NCBI GenBank assembly: GCA_965219535.1
Contig: CBDCNV010000002.1
Span: 810,001-842,000, forward strand
DNA from: Opitutales bacterium
GTDB lineage: Bacteria > Verrucomicrobiota > Verrucomicrobiia > Opitutales > PNEW01
DNA length: 32,000 bases
Direction of reading: 5' to 3'
The notes below the pieces were generated by a model that was not told the origin of the DNA, ran no database searches, and saw nothing but the letters and a program-made list of their open reading frames with translations. Made by a program: the position numbers and the translations under genes. How positions within the stretch are numbered: position 1 is the stretch's first letter; each line of letters begins with the position of its first letter. This document shows, in pieces, positions 9,724-20,311 of this stretch.

Positions 9724-10863
9724 ATGAAGGATATTTTTCAGATTCAGCATCGCGATCAGCACACCGCTGCTCGCTGTGGTCGTTTGCATACGCTGCACGG
9801 TGTTGTCGATACCCCGGTATTCATGCCTGTTGGTACCCAGGCAACGGTAAAAGCGATGACGCCAACCCAGCTTTCTGATATCGGCAGCCAGATAATACTA
9901 AGTAATACTTATCATTTAAATCTCAGACCGGGTTCTGAAACGATAAAAAATCTGGGTGGACTTCATCGCTTTATGAATTGGAGTGGGCCCCTATTGACCG
10001 ATAGCGGTGGATATCAAGTTTTCAGTCTCGCAAAAATGCGAGAAATTACTGACGAGGGCATAGCCTTTCGGTCCCATTTAAATGGAGATCCCGTTTTTCT
10101 TGGACCGTTAGAGGTAATGTCTATCCAGCAAAATCTTGGATCAGACATTGCGATGGTTCTCGATGAGTGTCCGCCGTACCCCTGTTCGGAGAAAGATTGC
10201 CGCGGCGCAGTTAAGCGGAGCCTGCATTGGGCAGCACAATGTTTAACGATTGCGCGCGAAAATGGATTTTGCCAATCGGGTAATCACCTGTTCGCTATCG
10301 TGCAGGGATCAGTTTTTGAAAATTTACGCCGGGAATGTGCACTAGCTCTTGTCGACCAGAATTTTCCCGGCTACGCGATTGGCGGTGTTGCTCTCGGCGA
10401 AGAGGAGTCTAAAATACTTAAGCAGGTAGGTTGGACAATTCCACTTTTGCCCGAAAACAAACCGCGTTATGTAATGGGCGTCGGCACACCGCCACAACTC
10501 TTAAGGATGATCGCGAGTGGAGCGGACATGTTCGATTGCGTACTCCCCTCGCGCGCGGCACGGCACGGGACCGCTTATACACCCTATGGAACGCTGAATT
10601 TACGTAACACTCGATTCAAGGAAGATCAGCTTCCACTGGTAGAAGGATTACAAAATTATACCTGCGAGAATTTTACGCGCGCATATTTAAGACACCTTAT
10701 TGTCGCGGAAGAGATTCTCGCGAGCACGCTTCTCACCTTGCATAATCTGCATTTTTATCTCGATCTGATGAAACAGGCGCGCGAACACCTCGAGAACGCG
10801 GATTTTGATTCCTGGCACAAGTCATGGATCGATCAGTACGAAAATGGAGAGAGGGACGAATGA
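9724..10863 (+). CDS. tgt: Queuine tRNA-ribosyltransferase (tRNA-guanine transglycosylase)
   Basis: 379 aa with the motifs TPVFMPVGT, LLTDSGGYQV, VLDEC, GVGTPPQLL, DMFDCVLPSR and TRAYLRHL. The CxCxxC zinc motif is degenerate (see findings). Confidence 0.9.
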   Translation: MKDIFQIQHRDQHTAARCGRLHTLHGVVDTPVFMPVGTQATVKAMTPTQLSDIGSQIILSNTYHLNLRPGSETIKNLGGLHRFMNWSGPLLTDSGGYQVFSLAKMREITDEGIAFRSHLNGDPVFLGPLEVMSIQQNLGSDIAMVLDECPPYPCSEKDCRGAVKRSLHWAAQCLTIARENGFCQSGNHLFAIVQGSVFENLRRECALALVDQNFPGYAIGGVALGEEESKILKQVGWTIPLLPENKPRYVMGVGTPPQLLRMIASGADMFDCVLPSRAARHGTAYTPYGTLNLRNTRFKEDQLPLVEGLQNYTCENFTRAYLRHLIVAEEILASTLLTLHNLHFYLDLMKQAREHLENADFDSWHKSWIDQYENGERDE

Positions 10864-11047
10864 ATCTTTACTCTATGAATTCCGTTTATTTATTAAATCA
10901 GTCAATTAACACCCAATTGAAGCGTAACCATTAGATTGAAACAATAATGCAGGGAACAACTCAGACTTACAGCTTTTCAAAAATGAAGTCTTCCGATATA
11001 CTTTTCGCTCAAACATTTAAGTTAAAGTATTTACCTATCAATAAAAC

Positions 11048-11992
11048 ATGCGAATTTTAGTTACAGGTGCGTCCGGTTTTTTAGGAAGTCATCTCTGCGC
11101 GCGATTGCTCAGCGATGGCAATGAAGTGATTGCTCTCGATAATAACTTTACCGGTCGAAAAGAGAATATCAAATCGATCATGAGTAATCCTGATTTTGAA
11201 TTCAGGAGACATGATATTGTCGATCCGATAAAAGTTGAAGTTGACCAGATCTATAACTTTGCCTGCCCCGCGTCTCCCGTCCATTACCAATATAATCCAA
11301 TCAAAACAGTAAAGACCTCAGTTATGGGTGCGATCAATTGTCTGGGATTGGCGAAGCGTGTTAAGGCGCGTATCCTCCAGGCTTCGACCTCGGAAGTTTA
11401 CGGGGATCCCCAACTCCATCCCCAACCAGAGAGTTACAATGGAAACGTCAATCCTATCGGATTGCGCGCCTGTTATGATGAAGGCAAGCGCTGCGCAGAA
11501 ACTCTATTTTTCGATTACCATCGAGAGAATAAGGTAGATATTCGCGTAATTCGTATCTTCAATACCTACGGCCCGCACATGCAGGCCGATGACGGACGCG
11601 TCGTCTCCAATTTTATCATCCAGGCGTTGCGCGGTGATGAGATCACGGTATATGGTGAAGGACAGCAAACCCGTTCCTTTTGTTATGTTGACGATCTTAT
11701 CGAAGGGACGGTACGAATGATGAATCAGGATTCTTTTGTCGGCCCGGTTAATTTAGGAAATACAAGTGAATTTACGATGCTTGAATTAGCGGAAAAAATC
11801 ATCGGCTTGACGGGAAGCAGTTCGCAGATAGTTTTCAAACCCTTACCGGCAGATGATCCGCAACAACGCCAACCTGATATTACCCTGGCGAAAAAATATC
11901 TTGATTGGGAACCCCGTTATGATTTTGAGACAGGTCTTAAAAAAACGATCGAATACTTTGAGGAATCAATTGCTCGAAAGCATTTAACTTAG
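11048..11992 (+). CDS. UDP-glucuronate decarboxylase (UDP-xylose synthase), extended SDR
   Basis: 314 aa with the motifs [31 protein letters not shown] and RIFNTYGP, which are typical of the UXS family. Confidence 0.85.
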   Translation: MRILVTGASGFLGSHLCARLLSDGNEVIALDNNFTGRKENIKSIMSNPDFEFRRHDIVDPIKVEVDQIYNFACPASPVHYQYNPIKTVKTSVMGAINCLGLAKRVKARILQASTSEVYGDPQLHPQPESYNGNVNPIGLRACYDEGKRCAETLFFDYHRENKVDIRVIRIFNTYGPHMQADDGRVVSNFIIQALRGDEITVYGEGQQTRSFCYVDDLIEGTVRMMNQDSFVGPVNLGNTSEFTMLELAEKIIGLTGSSSQIVFKPLPADDPQQRQPDITLAKKYLDWEPRYDFETGLKKTIEYFEESIARKHLT

Positions 11993-12071
11993 TCAGGCTC
12001 TACCTGTTTTAATAGAAAGTCGTCGACTGTTTCCGGCTAAAACTAAGCGCATTAAATTAATTTAAATTTCC

Positions 12072-15050
12072 ATGTTTTCTAATCTATTTAAAAAATTTGC
12101 GGGCCGGCACTACCGCAAGTACGTTAAAAATGCCTGGCCGGTAGTCGAGAGGATAAAGGTAATCGAAGCGGATTATCAAAAGCTTACCGACGACCAAATC
12201 CGTGCTAAAACCACTGAATTTAAAAACCGCTATGCTGAGGGCGAAACACTTGAAGAATTATTACCCGAAGCTTTTGCGACGGTAATGAATACTGCGCGCC
12301 GTTTTATGGGACAAACGCATACTGTGTGTGATCATGAACAGGTTTGGGACATGGTGCACTTCGATGTTCAATTGATCGGCGGTATGGCTTTAAACGATAA
12401 TAAAATTGCGGAGATGGCAACCGGTGAGGGAAAAACGCTGGTCGCGACCCTGCCGCTATATCTCAATGCCGTCACCGGCCGCAATTGTCAGCTCGTTACG
12501 ACCAATGACTTTCTCGCGAAGCGTGATTCGGAGTGGATGGGATACATTTACAAGTTCCTCGGTCTAACCGTGGGGTGCATCCAAAATAGCATGGATCCGA
12601 CGACCCGTCGGGAAATGTACAATTGTGATATCACCTATGGCACGGCGAGCGAATTGGGTTTCGACTATCTGCGTGATAACGGTATGGCGACACGCAAAGA
12701 AGACCAGGTTCAACGCGATTATTATTATGTGATCGTTGATGAAGTTGACTCTATCCTGATCGATGAGGCGCGTACTCCGCTCATCATATCCGGTCCAGTC
12801 CAAAGTGAACGCGAGATGCCTTTTAATGAGCTCAAGTCAAGTATAGAGCGCCTCGTAAAAAAACAATCGTCCCAATGTAATAATCTGGTCAGCGAGGCTG
12901 AAAAAATTGTCAAAAATGGGGACGATTCCGCAGTTGACGCCTATGAAAAGTTACTCCAGGTAAAGTTTGCCAATCCCAAGAACAAGAAGCTTTTGCGCCT
13001 GATGGAAAACGGGAATATCCGCAAGAATTTCGAAAAATTCGATTTGGAAATGAGTGGAGATTTCAACAAGGAAAGGCTTTTTGCGCTGAAAGAAGAACTC
13101 TACTACGTTATTGATGAAAAGCAGCACCAAGCAGATCTTACAGAAAAAGGACGCAATCTCTTGAGACCGGATGATGATGACGCCTTTGTTCTCCCTGATC
13201 TCCCCAGTATATTTATGGAGATTGATAAGAAAGAGAGTCTATCAAAAGATGATATAGATCAGGAAAAAGCAAATGCCCAAGACCTATTTGAAAAGAGAAG
13301 TGAAGATATCCATTGTATAAGCCAGCTGCTGCGCGCTTATTCGCTCTATGAACGCGATGTCGAATACCTGGTCAGTAATGGTAAGGTTGTTATTATCGAC
13401 GAAAATACAGGGCGCGCGATGCCGGGCCGTCGATGGAGTGACGGGTTGCATGCTGCAGTCGAAGCCAAGGAAGGCGTTACGATTGAAAGTGAGTCGAAGA
13501 CTTTTGCCACGATAACGATTCAAAACTATTTCCGGCTTTACGATAAAATCGCGGGTATGACGGGGACGGCCGAGACTGAAGCTTCGGAGTTTAGTGATAT
13601 TTATAAGTTAAATGTGATGGTAATTCCCACCAATAAGCCAAACCAGCGGGCTGACGACCACGATATTATTTACAGGACCCGAAATGAAAAATATAATGCG
13701 GTGATCAGGGATATCCAGAAATCCAATAAAAAAGGACAACCTGTCTTAGTCGGCACCGCATCGGTTGAAGCTTCTGAAGTACTGAGCCGATTACTTCGAC
13801 GGGAAAATATCACGCACAATGTTCTCAATGCTAAACAACATGAGCAGGAAGCTGAAATCGTAACCCGGGCGGGACAGCGTGGTGTGGTCACAATTGCCAC
13901 GAATATGGCTGGACGCGGAACAGACATTAAACTGGGGGAGGGAATTCCTGATCTTGGCGGTCTCTACGTTCTTGGAACTGAGCGTCACCAGTCACGACGT
14001 ATCGATCGCCAGTTGCGCGGTCGTTGTGCGCGGCAGGGAGACCCAGGGGCTTCTAAGTTTTATATTTCACTCGAAGACGATCTTTTGCGCCTCTTTGGTA
14101 ATTCCGGTTACATCGCAAAGCTACTGGAAAAATCAGTGGGTGAGGGAGAAGTGCCCTTACCGAGCTGGGTGATTGAAAATGCCCAAAAACGTGTCGAGCA
14201 ACAACACTATTCCGTTCGCAAACGGCTTTTGCAATATGATGATGTGCTCAATCGGCAACGCGAAGTCATTTACAACCTGCGAAACGATGCCATTCACACG
14301 GAATCACCTAAAGAAATAATTTTCGAGTTAATCGAGGAAGAGATTGAATCACGAATGGATGAGGCTGGCCTTTTTAATCCCAGCCAAAGTGACGATTCCC
14401 TCGATGGGTTTCTCCATTGGTTAAATACTCAATTCCCAGTAGCCCTTAAAATTGAGGACATTCAAGAAAAAGAAGCCGAAGAACTACAGGTATTTCTCCT
14501 GGAAAATATTAGAACGGCCTACAAGGCTAAGGAATCAGTGGAAAACCAGGAGGCACTGCAAGCACTCGAACGCTATGTGGTTATCGGCGCGATGGATAAG
14601 CATTGGCAGGACCATCTTACAGAAATGGAGGAGTTGAGACAGAGCGTGGGCCTGCGTGGTTACGGGCAGAAGGATCCGCTTAATGAATACAAAAGCGAAG
14701 CGTTCACATATTTTGAGCAAATGATGAAAAATATCCGGGCGGATGTGTGCCACAGACTTTTTCATTCCGCGACAAATATTAAAGCATTTGAAAATATGCT
14801 ATCGGTTCTCTCTCGCCAGGCACAGACCCAGGGACCCGTGGATCCCACGGGTGCCGCAGCGCCGGTAATGTCTGGACCTACTAATGTGCCGAGAAGAAGA
14901 ATTCTCGCCGGGGCGGGTGGTCCTTCTGAAGAGGGGGCGCAAATTGCTTTAGCCCCCGTTAGAAATCAGGGGCCAAAAGTAGGTCGTAACGATCCCTGTC
15001 CCTGTGGAAGCGGCAAAAAATATAAAAAATGCTGCGGGCGAGCTGCCTGA
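12072..15050 (+). CDS. secA: Preprotein translocase ATPase SecA
   Basis: 992 aa. It has Walker [11 protein letters not shown], the DEAD-like motif [30 protein letters not shown], and the C-terminal zinc motif [14 protein letters not shown]. Confidence 0.95.
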   Translation: MFSNLFKKFAGRHYRKYVKNAWPVVERIKVIEADYQKLTDDQIRAKTTEFKNRYAEGETLEELLPEAFATVMNTARRFMGQTHTVCDHEQVWDMVHFDVQLIGGMALNDNKIAEMATGEGKTLVATLPLYLNAVTGRNCQLVTTNDFLAKRDSEWMGYIYKFLGLTVGCIQNSMDPTTRREMYNCDITYGTASELGFDYLRDNGMATRKEDQVQRDYYYVIVDEVDSILIDEARTPLIISGPVQSEREMPFNELKSSIERLVKKQSSQCNNLVSEAEKIVKNGDDSAVDAYEKLLQVKFANPKNKKLLRLMENGNIRKNFEKFDLEMSGDFNKERLFALKEELYYVIDEKQHQADLTEKGRNLLRPDDDDAFVLPDLPSIFMEIDKKESLSKDDIDQEKANAQDLFEKRSEDIHCISQLLRAYSLYERDVEYLVSNGKVVIIDENTGRAMPGRRWSDGLHAAVEAKEGVTIESESKTFATITIQNYFRLYDKIAGMTGTAETEASEFSDIYKLNVMVIPTNKPNQRADDHDIIYRTRNEKYNAVIRDIQKSNKKGQPVLVGTASVEASEVLSRLLRRENITHNVLNAKQHEQEAEIVTRAGQRGVVTIATNMAGRGTDIKLGEGIPDLGGLYVLGTERHQSRRIDRQLRGRCARQGDPGASKFYISLEDDLLRLFGNSGYIAKLLEKSVGEGEVPLPSWVIENAQKRVEQQHYSVRKRLLQYDDVLNRQREVIYNLRNDAIHTESPKEIIFELIEEEIESRMDEAGLFNPSQSDDSLDGFLHWLNTQFPVALKIEDIQEKEAEELQVFLLENIRTAYKAKESVENQEALQALERYVVIGAMDKHWQDHLTEMEELRQSVGLRGYGQKDPLNEYKSEAFTYFEQMMKNIRADVCHRLFHSATNIKAFENMLSVLSRQAQTQGPVDPTGAAAPVMSGPTNVPRRRILAGAGGPSEEGAQIALAPVRNQGPKVGRNDPCPCGSGKKYKKCCGRAA

Positions 15051-15072
15051 CCGAAAAATTTTCGCGGTATAT

Positions 15073-16962
15073 TTATCCACGCTTCAACCACACGGCCATC
15101 TCCCCCTCACCGCGATGGGCCCAGGCGTGATAGGGAATCAGCGTGATCTCTCGATCTTCGTCAATTACCCGGATAACGGGTAAGCCATTCAGTATATCTG
15201 ATCGCGGTGCGCATTTCAGCGTCGCACTATCGGGTAAAATTAAATCCAGCGCTTTTCCCCCGTTGTCCACCCCTTCAGCACAATAGACAATCGGCCCCCG
15301 TTCGAGTGCGACTTTGCCTCTATTGCTTTCAACATTTTCACTGCATAAAACACGTCTTATTGGCATCGGCAGATTAAGTTCGATCGTGTCACCTTTTTTC
15401 CAGATGCGTTTCAAACAAGCGTACCCTTTGTCTATATTGAGCGGGACCGGGCTACCGTTAACATTCAGTAATACCTTGTCTTCGTTCTCGTCGCTGTATT
15501 TGTAGAGGTCGCTCGGCACCGGTCGATTTTGTGTCCATCCTGGGATGCGGAGGCGAATTTCAAATTCTGATTTGGCATCGGTTTCCAAACTCAATGTTAC
15601 ACTCCCGTTCCAGGGATAATCTGTTTCCTGATTAAGGCTTACCGTTTGATCGGCCAATTGAATAGTTGCGCTATTAGCGATGTAGAGGTTTATAAATATT
15701 GCATTGTCTTCTTGTGCGTAAAGATAACCCGGAAGAGAGGGAAGAAAGCGAACGACATTTGTGGGGCAGCAGGAGCAGTGAAACCAGGGCTGCCGTGATG
15801 TAGTCTTAATGTTAAAGGAAAATTCTCCATCCCATTCGAGAGGATTTGGATAAAAGAAATGATCACCACTCAAGGAAATGCCGGAGAGAAAGCCATTATA
15901 AATAATTCGTTCCAGGATATCGATATACTTTGCCTCTCCGTGAAGAAGAAATAACCGGTGATTCCACATCGCGTTGCCGATCGCTGCACAGGTTTCGTTA
16001 TACGCGGTATCATTGGGCAGCTCAAAATTATCGCCAAAGGCTTCACCCTCGTGTCGCGAACCTATGCCGCCGGTGAGATAAATCTTTTTTGAAATGACAT
16101 TATCCCATATACGATCGACCGCTTGTATATAATCATCATCAGCCGTTAAGGCGGCAACATCGGCCATCGCGGAGTACATATAGACAGCCCTTACCGCGTG
16201 ACCATTCGCCTCTTCCTGCTCCAGTACGGGTTTATGATCCTGGCAGTAATCTCCATACGTGCTGCGTTCCTGATCATTACCCCGTTCGTTGAGAAAAAAT
16301 TTTGCCAGGTTTAAGTATTTTTTATCCCCCGTTGCGCGATACAGCTTGGCAAGCCCGATCTCGATTTCCTGGTGACCGGGAACATCACGAATTTTATCGG
16401 GGCCAAAAACGCGGTCGATAAGATTGGCATTATTTAAAGCGACAGCTAAAAATTTTCTTTTACCGGTTGCCTGATAATAGGCCACCGCAGCCTCATACAT
16501 GTGTCCGACATTGTAAAGCTCGTGGCTTTTTTCGAGATAGGACCAGCGCTTGTCACCCGTGTCTATTGCCGAATTATTGGGATCAATGGTTCGCGTAGTA
16601 AAAAGATAACCATCATCTTCCTGTGCCGCAGCAACTTTATCGATCAAGTCATCGAGGTACTTTTCTAATTCCGGATCGACCTGCAGTGAGAGTGAGTATG
16701 CGGCGCCTTCCATCACTTTGAAGACGTCGGAATCGTTAAACCGCAGTCCCTGAAATGAGCCTTCCTTAAGTTTGCCCGCGATTGCAAAATTATCAATGCG
16801 GCCCGTCTCCTCGCATTTTTTAAAATCGTAAGGGAGGGTCACCTCACGGTTGATTTTAAGTCTCGGTGACCAGAAATCGTCATTTACCTGGAAGGAGGTA
16901 AAGGGAACCGGAGTTATAGGGTAATCCTTAATTGCGTTCTCTGCTTCGTTATCAGTATTCAA
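15073..16962 (-). CDS. Glycoside hydrolase family 127 (DUF1680; beta-L-arabinofuranosidase-like)
   Basis: 629 aa. The N-terminal FWSPR motif and the Zn/catalytic Cys motifs NETCA and HCSCCPTN match HypBA1-type enzymes. No signal peptide is visible. The start is TTG at 16962. Confidence 0.8.
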   Translation of the reverse strand: MNTDNEAENAIKDYPITPVPFTSFQVNDDFWSPRLKINREVTLPYDFKKCEETGRIDNFAIAGKLKEGSFQGLRFNDSDVFKVMEGAAYSLSLQVDPELEKYLDDLIDKVAAAQEDDGYLFTTRTIDPNNSAIDTGDKRWSYLEKSHELYNVGHMYEAAVAYYQATGKRKFLAVALNNANLIDRVFGPDKIRDVPGHQEIEIGLAKLYRATGDKKYLNLAKFFLNERGNDQERSTYGDYCQDHKPVLEQEEANGHAVRAVYMYSAMADVAALTADDDYIQAVDRIWDNVISKKIYLTGGIGSRHEGEAFGDNFELPNDTAYNETCAAIGNAMWNHRLFLLHGEAKYIDILERIIYNGFLSGISLSGDHFFYPNPLEWDGEFSFNIKTTSRQPWFHCSCCPTNVVRFLPSLPGYLYAQEDNAIFINLYIANSATIQLADQTVSLNQETDYPWNGSVTLSLETDAKSEFEIRLRIPGWTQNRPVPSDLYKYSDENEDKVLLNVNGSPVPLNIDKGYACLKRIWKKGDTIELNLPMPIRRVLCSENVESNRGKVALERGPIVYCAEGVDNGGKALDLILPDSATLKCAPRSDILNGLPVIRVIDEDREITLIPYHAWAHRGEGEMAVWLKRG

Positions 16963-17028
16963 GGAGAGTCATTCCGGCGGGTTTAAAAATTGAATGTGAA
17001 GTTCTCACTTCAGCATAATTAAAAGTAA

Positions 17029-18891
17029 TTACAAGATTACTTTACGCTCCGTATTCAAATAGTCTTTTTGTAATTTATGAAAAGAGAATTCAATGCTACC
17101 CAGTGATTTAATCTCTCCCTTCCCCTTTATTTTTTTTCGCGCAGCCTCTTTTGCGCTGATCTCGATTCGCTCTGATACCCTGCCCAGGGTAACGACGTCT
17201 CCGGGAAATAGCGTGATGAATTGAGTTATTAACTCCAATACTTTGGGTGCCTTGACAACATATTCATTCAGCGATCCCTTTACTTTCCCCACCTTGTCGA
17301 TATCAAGTGACATCGAGAGATTTCTAATCTCACCGCTTTTCCGTTTCACCGGCTGACTTAATATCACATTATAGCCGTCGGCCCATCGGCCGTATACACC
17401 GGGAATATTTCTCTCCTGATTAGTGGCTGGCTCGACAACATCTTCTTGAAAGGAATAATCACTAACTGAGACAAGGGGCGTGTAGCCAAGAATAAAATCA
17501 TCTGCTTTATCACTTTTGATTTTACTCGCGACTTTTTTTATAACGAGGGCCAATTCTATTCCCAGATACAGGGTTGTTGCCCGTGGCGTTAACTCCACCT
17601 TTGAAGGCGATATACTCAATGAGGAATTAGGGCCGTTAAGAAAACGCGGGTGCGGGAGGATTGTTAAATTTTCATTTTTCGTGACATTTTTATAATTGCC
17701 GAAGACCGTCCAGAAATGACCGGCACGCTGGATATTCCAATCCTTAGTGGACTTGATATTGTCCCCTCCATTTATAAATAACGCTCTGACCGCTGGTGAG
17801 GCGTGAACTTTCTTTGTCGGATCATCCTTATCCCGCCAGTCATTATTACCGACAACCACGACTTTGTTGCTCAAATGCCCGACCCTTTCAATTTCCGTCT
17901 CGATTCTATCATCCGGTTCGAATTCCATATCCTCCGGGCAGGGCATGCCGTCAACACCCATCGTGGCAATGTGAATGACATCACCCGGAAATATGGTGGC
18001 AAAGGAAGTGTACCATTCAAGAGTTCGTTCAAATCCCAGTAAAAGTGCCCCGGTATGTGCGCGGTCACGCAAGAGGCCGGACTTCTTTGTATAAACAAGC
18101 AGATCATAGGGGTTGCTCACATCGTCTTTCGTGACCAGATAGGGGCCCATTGGACACATAGTATCTGATTTTTTACCACCCCAGGAGGTGGTTGCCCCCA
18201 TATACCAATCTTCCGCGCCAATCTTGCCCTTCCCTTTGCATACTCTGTCAACGGATTTATTATAGCCCGCAATGCAGGCATCGGTAACGACGGTGAACCC
18301 CGCGACATAATCCATGGCTTTATCAGCAGGGATGTAACGGCCCTTTTTCCCGATGATAATACCAAATTCCACATTGTACCCCCAGGGCGCTGTTCCTTTC
18401 GGGATAATCATTGTTTCATCCGCACCGATAACGCTACCTTGAGGTCGCTGATGACCTTGGGGGAATAAATTTACTATTTTTCGAAAAGGATCATTGCGTA
18501 TGAAGGTGGGACAGTTCTGAACTAAACCCCAGTATAATCGCGGGCGAGGGATTGGCGCCTTTAAAGTGACCGCGTTTCTCGAATACCCAGCGTTTTTCAA
18601 AATTGCCTGGTCCGATACAGACAAAAATTTTATTAAAAAATCGTTTAATTGTTTTAAGGCAATTATGCCCTCGTCTTCGAGCTCGAGAAAAGAAACCAAA
18701 TCTTCGGGCCACTCTCCTGCCTTAAGGAATTTCGGCGGCTGGTAAAAATAGCTGGAAGTTTGGGATGAATATATTTTGAACTTTTCTTCTACAATCGCGG
18801 GTTCGAAGATCCAATCTTCATTATGTGCGGGGTGATTGACAACAACCCCCCAGCTCTCTCGACCATTAACTTCAAATGTAGCTAATCTCAT
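17029..18891 (-). CDS. Fumarylacetoacetate-hydrolase (FAH) family protein with two tandem FAH-like domains
   Basis: 620 aa. Domain 1 has NVEFGIIIGKKG...GFTVVTDA...FPGDVIHIATMG. Domain 2 has LGIELALVIKK...GYTPLVSVSD...FPGDVVTLG. Confidence 0.7.
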   Translation of the reverse strand: MRLATFEVNGRESWGVVVNHPAHNEDWIFEPAIVEEKFKIYSSQTSSYFYQPPKFLKAGEWPEDLVSFLELEDEGIIALKQLNDFLIKFLSVSDQAILKNAGYSRNAVTLKAPIPRPRLYWGLVQNCPTFIRNDPFRKIVNLFPQGHQRPQGSVIGADETMIIPKGTAPWGYNVEFGIIIGKKGRYIPADKAMDYVAGFTVVTDACIAGYNKSVDRVCKGKGKIGAEDWYMGATTSWGGKKSDTMCPMGPYLVTKDDVSNPYDLLVYTKKSGLLRDRAHTGALLLGFERTLEWYTSFATIFPGDVIHIATMGVDGMPCPEDMEFEPDDRIETEIERVGHLSNKVVVVGNNDWRDKDDPTKKVHASPAVRALFINGGDNIKSTKDWNIQRAGHFWTVFGNYKNVTKNENLTILPHPRFLNGPNSSLSISPSKVELTPRATTLYLGIELALVIKKVASKIKSDKADDFILGYTPLVSVSDYSFQEDVVEPATNQERNIPGVYGRWADGYNVILSQPVKRKSGEIRNLSMSLDIDKVGKVKGSLNEYVVKAPKVLELITQFITLFPGDVVTLGRVSERIEISAKEAARKKIKGKGEIKSLGSIEFSFHKLQKDYLNTERKVIL

Positions 18892-18958
18892 TTACTTAAT
18901 CCATTTTTCTAATTTGTTAATTGGCTTTCACCATTAATAGAGAATTTAAAATTCTGCA

Positions 18959-20038
18959 TTAATGGGGATTGGGCAGCGCGGGAATAACCTCTTTAGCTAA
19001 GCGTTCTATCGAATTAATCCATTTTGCCTTATCATCCCAGTCATTAGTGGTCATAAGCAGGGTTCCAAAACCGCCGAGATAATCATTTAAATCCTGTAGT
19101 TGCTGGGTGACTGTATCCACTGTGCCAAGGAGACAGAGATTTCTTACCAGGTACTCACGATCGACTTGTTCATCAGTTATCTCCGGATCGGTTTTCATCA
19201 AGTCGAGCATTTTATACCCGGCAAAAAGGCTTCGAAGGTAGATATAGGAATCTGCCAGTGCACTGTTATAGGCAAAATCAAATGCCTCATCATCTGATTC
19301 GCCGATAAATACATTACGGCAGACCCTCCAAATGGATCTTTCAGCTTCAGGTTGGCCGGCTTCTCGGGCTCCTTCAGCATAAGATTCCCAATGCGCTTTA
19401 ACTATTCTGGGAACAACGAGATTGGTGCTCATGGGGATATACCCGCGTGCACCAGCCATCTTTGCCCCGATCGAGGGAGCGCGTACAATACTCGTGCCGA
19501 TCGGTGGGTGTGGTTTTTGCAGCGGTTTGAGCACTTCACCAATGCTGAATTCCGGGACAACGCTTTGATTTTTAATCGTCCAGAATTGACCTTTAAATTC
19601 ATAGGGTGGCGGGGTGGACCAGAGCTTAAGAACCAAGTCGAGACATTCAACCGTCATGAGGCCCTGGGTCTTCGGGTCGGTGATGTTAAAAAGTTCCATA
19701 TCCGTGGGAACCCCGCTCTGCCCAAAACCGAAATACATTCTCCCATGGGAGAGGTGATCGAGCAGCGCTATTGAGGAGGCCACTTTTACCGGATGGTTGT
19801 GAGGCATGATGATCACACCCGGTCCCAGGCGTATAGTTTTCGTTCTTTGAAACGCAGCGCTGAGGAAGATCTCATTACCGGCAATCGGTTCCCAGGGTAA
19901 TGATTCATGATTGCCAATCCAGCCTTCTATGAATCCTAGGTCTTCAGCACGTTCGACAAACTCCAAATCTTCGTCGAAGCATTGAGTGCGATCTTTTGCG
20001 GGGGGATGTAATGGCATCATAAAAAAGCCAAGGTTCAT
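18959..20038 (-). CDS. Luciferase-like (LLM class) flavin-dependent oxidoreductase/monooxygenase
   Basis: 359 aa. The N-terminus MNLGFFMMPLH, the segments ...RLGPGVIIMPHNHPV...LDHLSHGRMYFGFG, and the overall length fit the LLM family. Confidence 0.7.
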   Translation of the reverse strand: MNLGFFMMPLHPPAKDRTQCFDEDLEFVERAEDLGFIEGWIGNHESLPWEPIAGNEIFLSAAFQRTKTIRLGPGVIIMPHNHPVKVASSIALLDHLSHGRMYFGFGQSGVPTDMELFNITDPKTQGLMTVECLDLVLKLWSTPPPYEFKGQFWTIKNQSVVPEFSIGEVLKPLQKPHPPIGTSIVRAPSIGAKMAGARGYIPMSTNLVVPRIVKAHWESYAEGAREAGQPEAERSIWRVCRNVFIGESDDEAFDFAYNSALADSYIYLRSLFAGYKMLDLMKTDPEITDEQVDREYLVRNLCLLGTVDTVTQQLQDLNDYLGGFGTLLMTTNDWDDKAKWINSIERLAKEVIPALPNPH

Positions 20039-20311
20039 GGGAATTCCTTATCTTATAGGTGTTAAAGTAAATAGGGTCATGATGGCCTGATGATGGGCGA
20101 TTCTTTTCGTAATTGGCAAATTTTTTTTATTTTTTATACCTAACTTATCCCTTAATCTCCAGCTACGTCGGTGCGATTGCCTTCTCGGAGAGGGTTTCAA
20201 TAACGCTTGCTTAACCTAGTCAGGATTAGAATATATAATCAAATTCGCGCTCATCGTTTTAGCGATTACCCGTAACTGAAGTGGAGTCATTTTCAATATC
20301 CAGGGTGCCTG

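Noticed and set aside
15052-15064. Palindrome CGAAAAATTTTCG between the convergent secA and GH127 stops, as a possible bidirectional terminator.
   Set aside because: The stem is AT-only with essentially no loop and would be thermodynamically negligible. It is not reported as a terminator.
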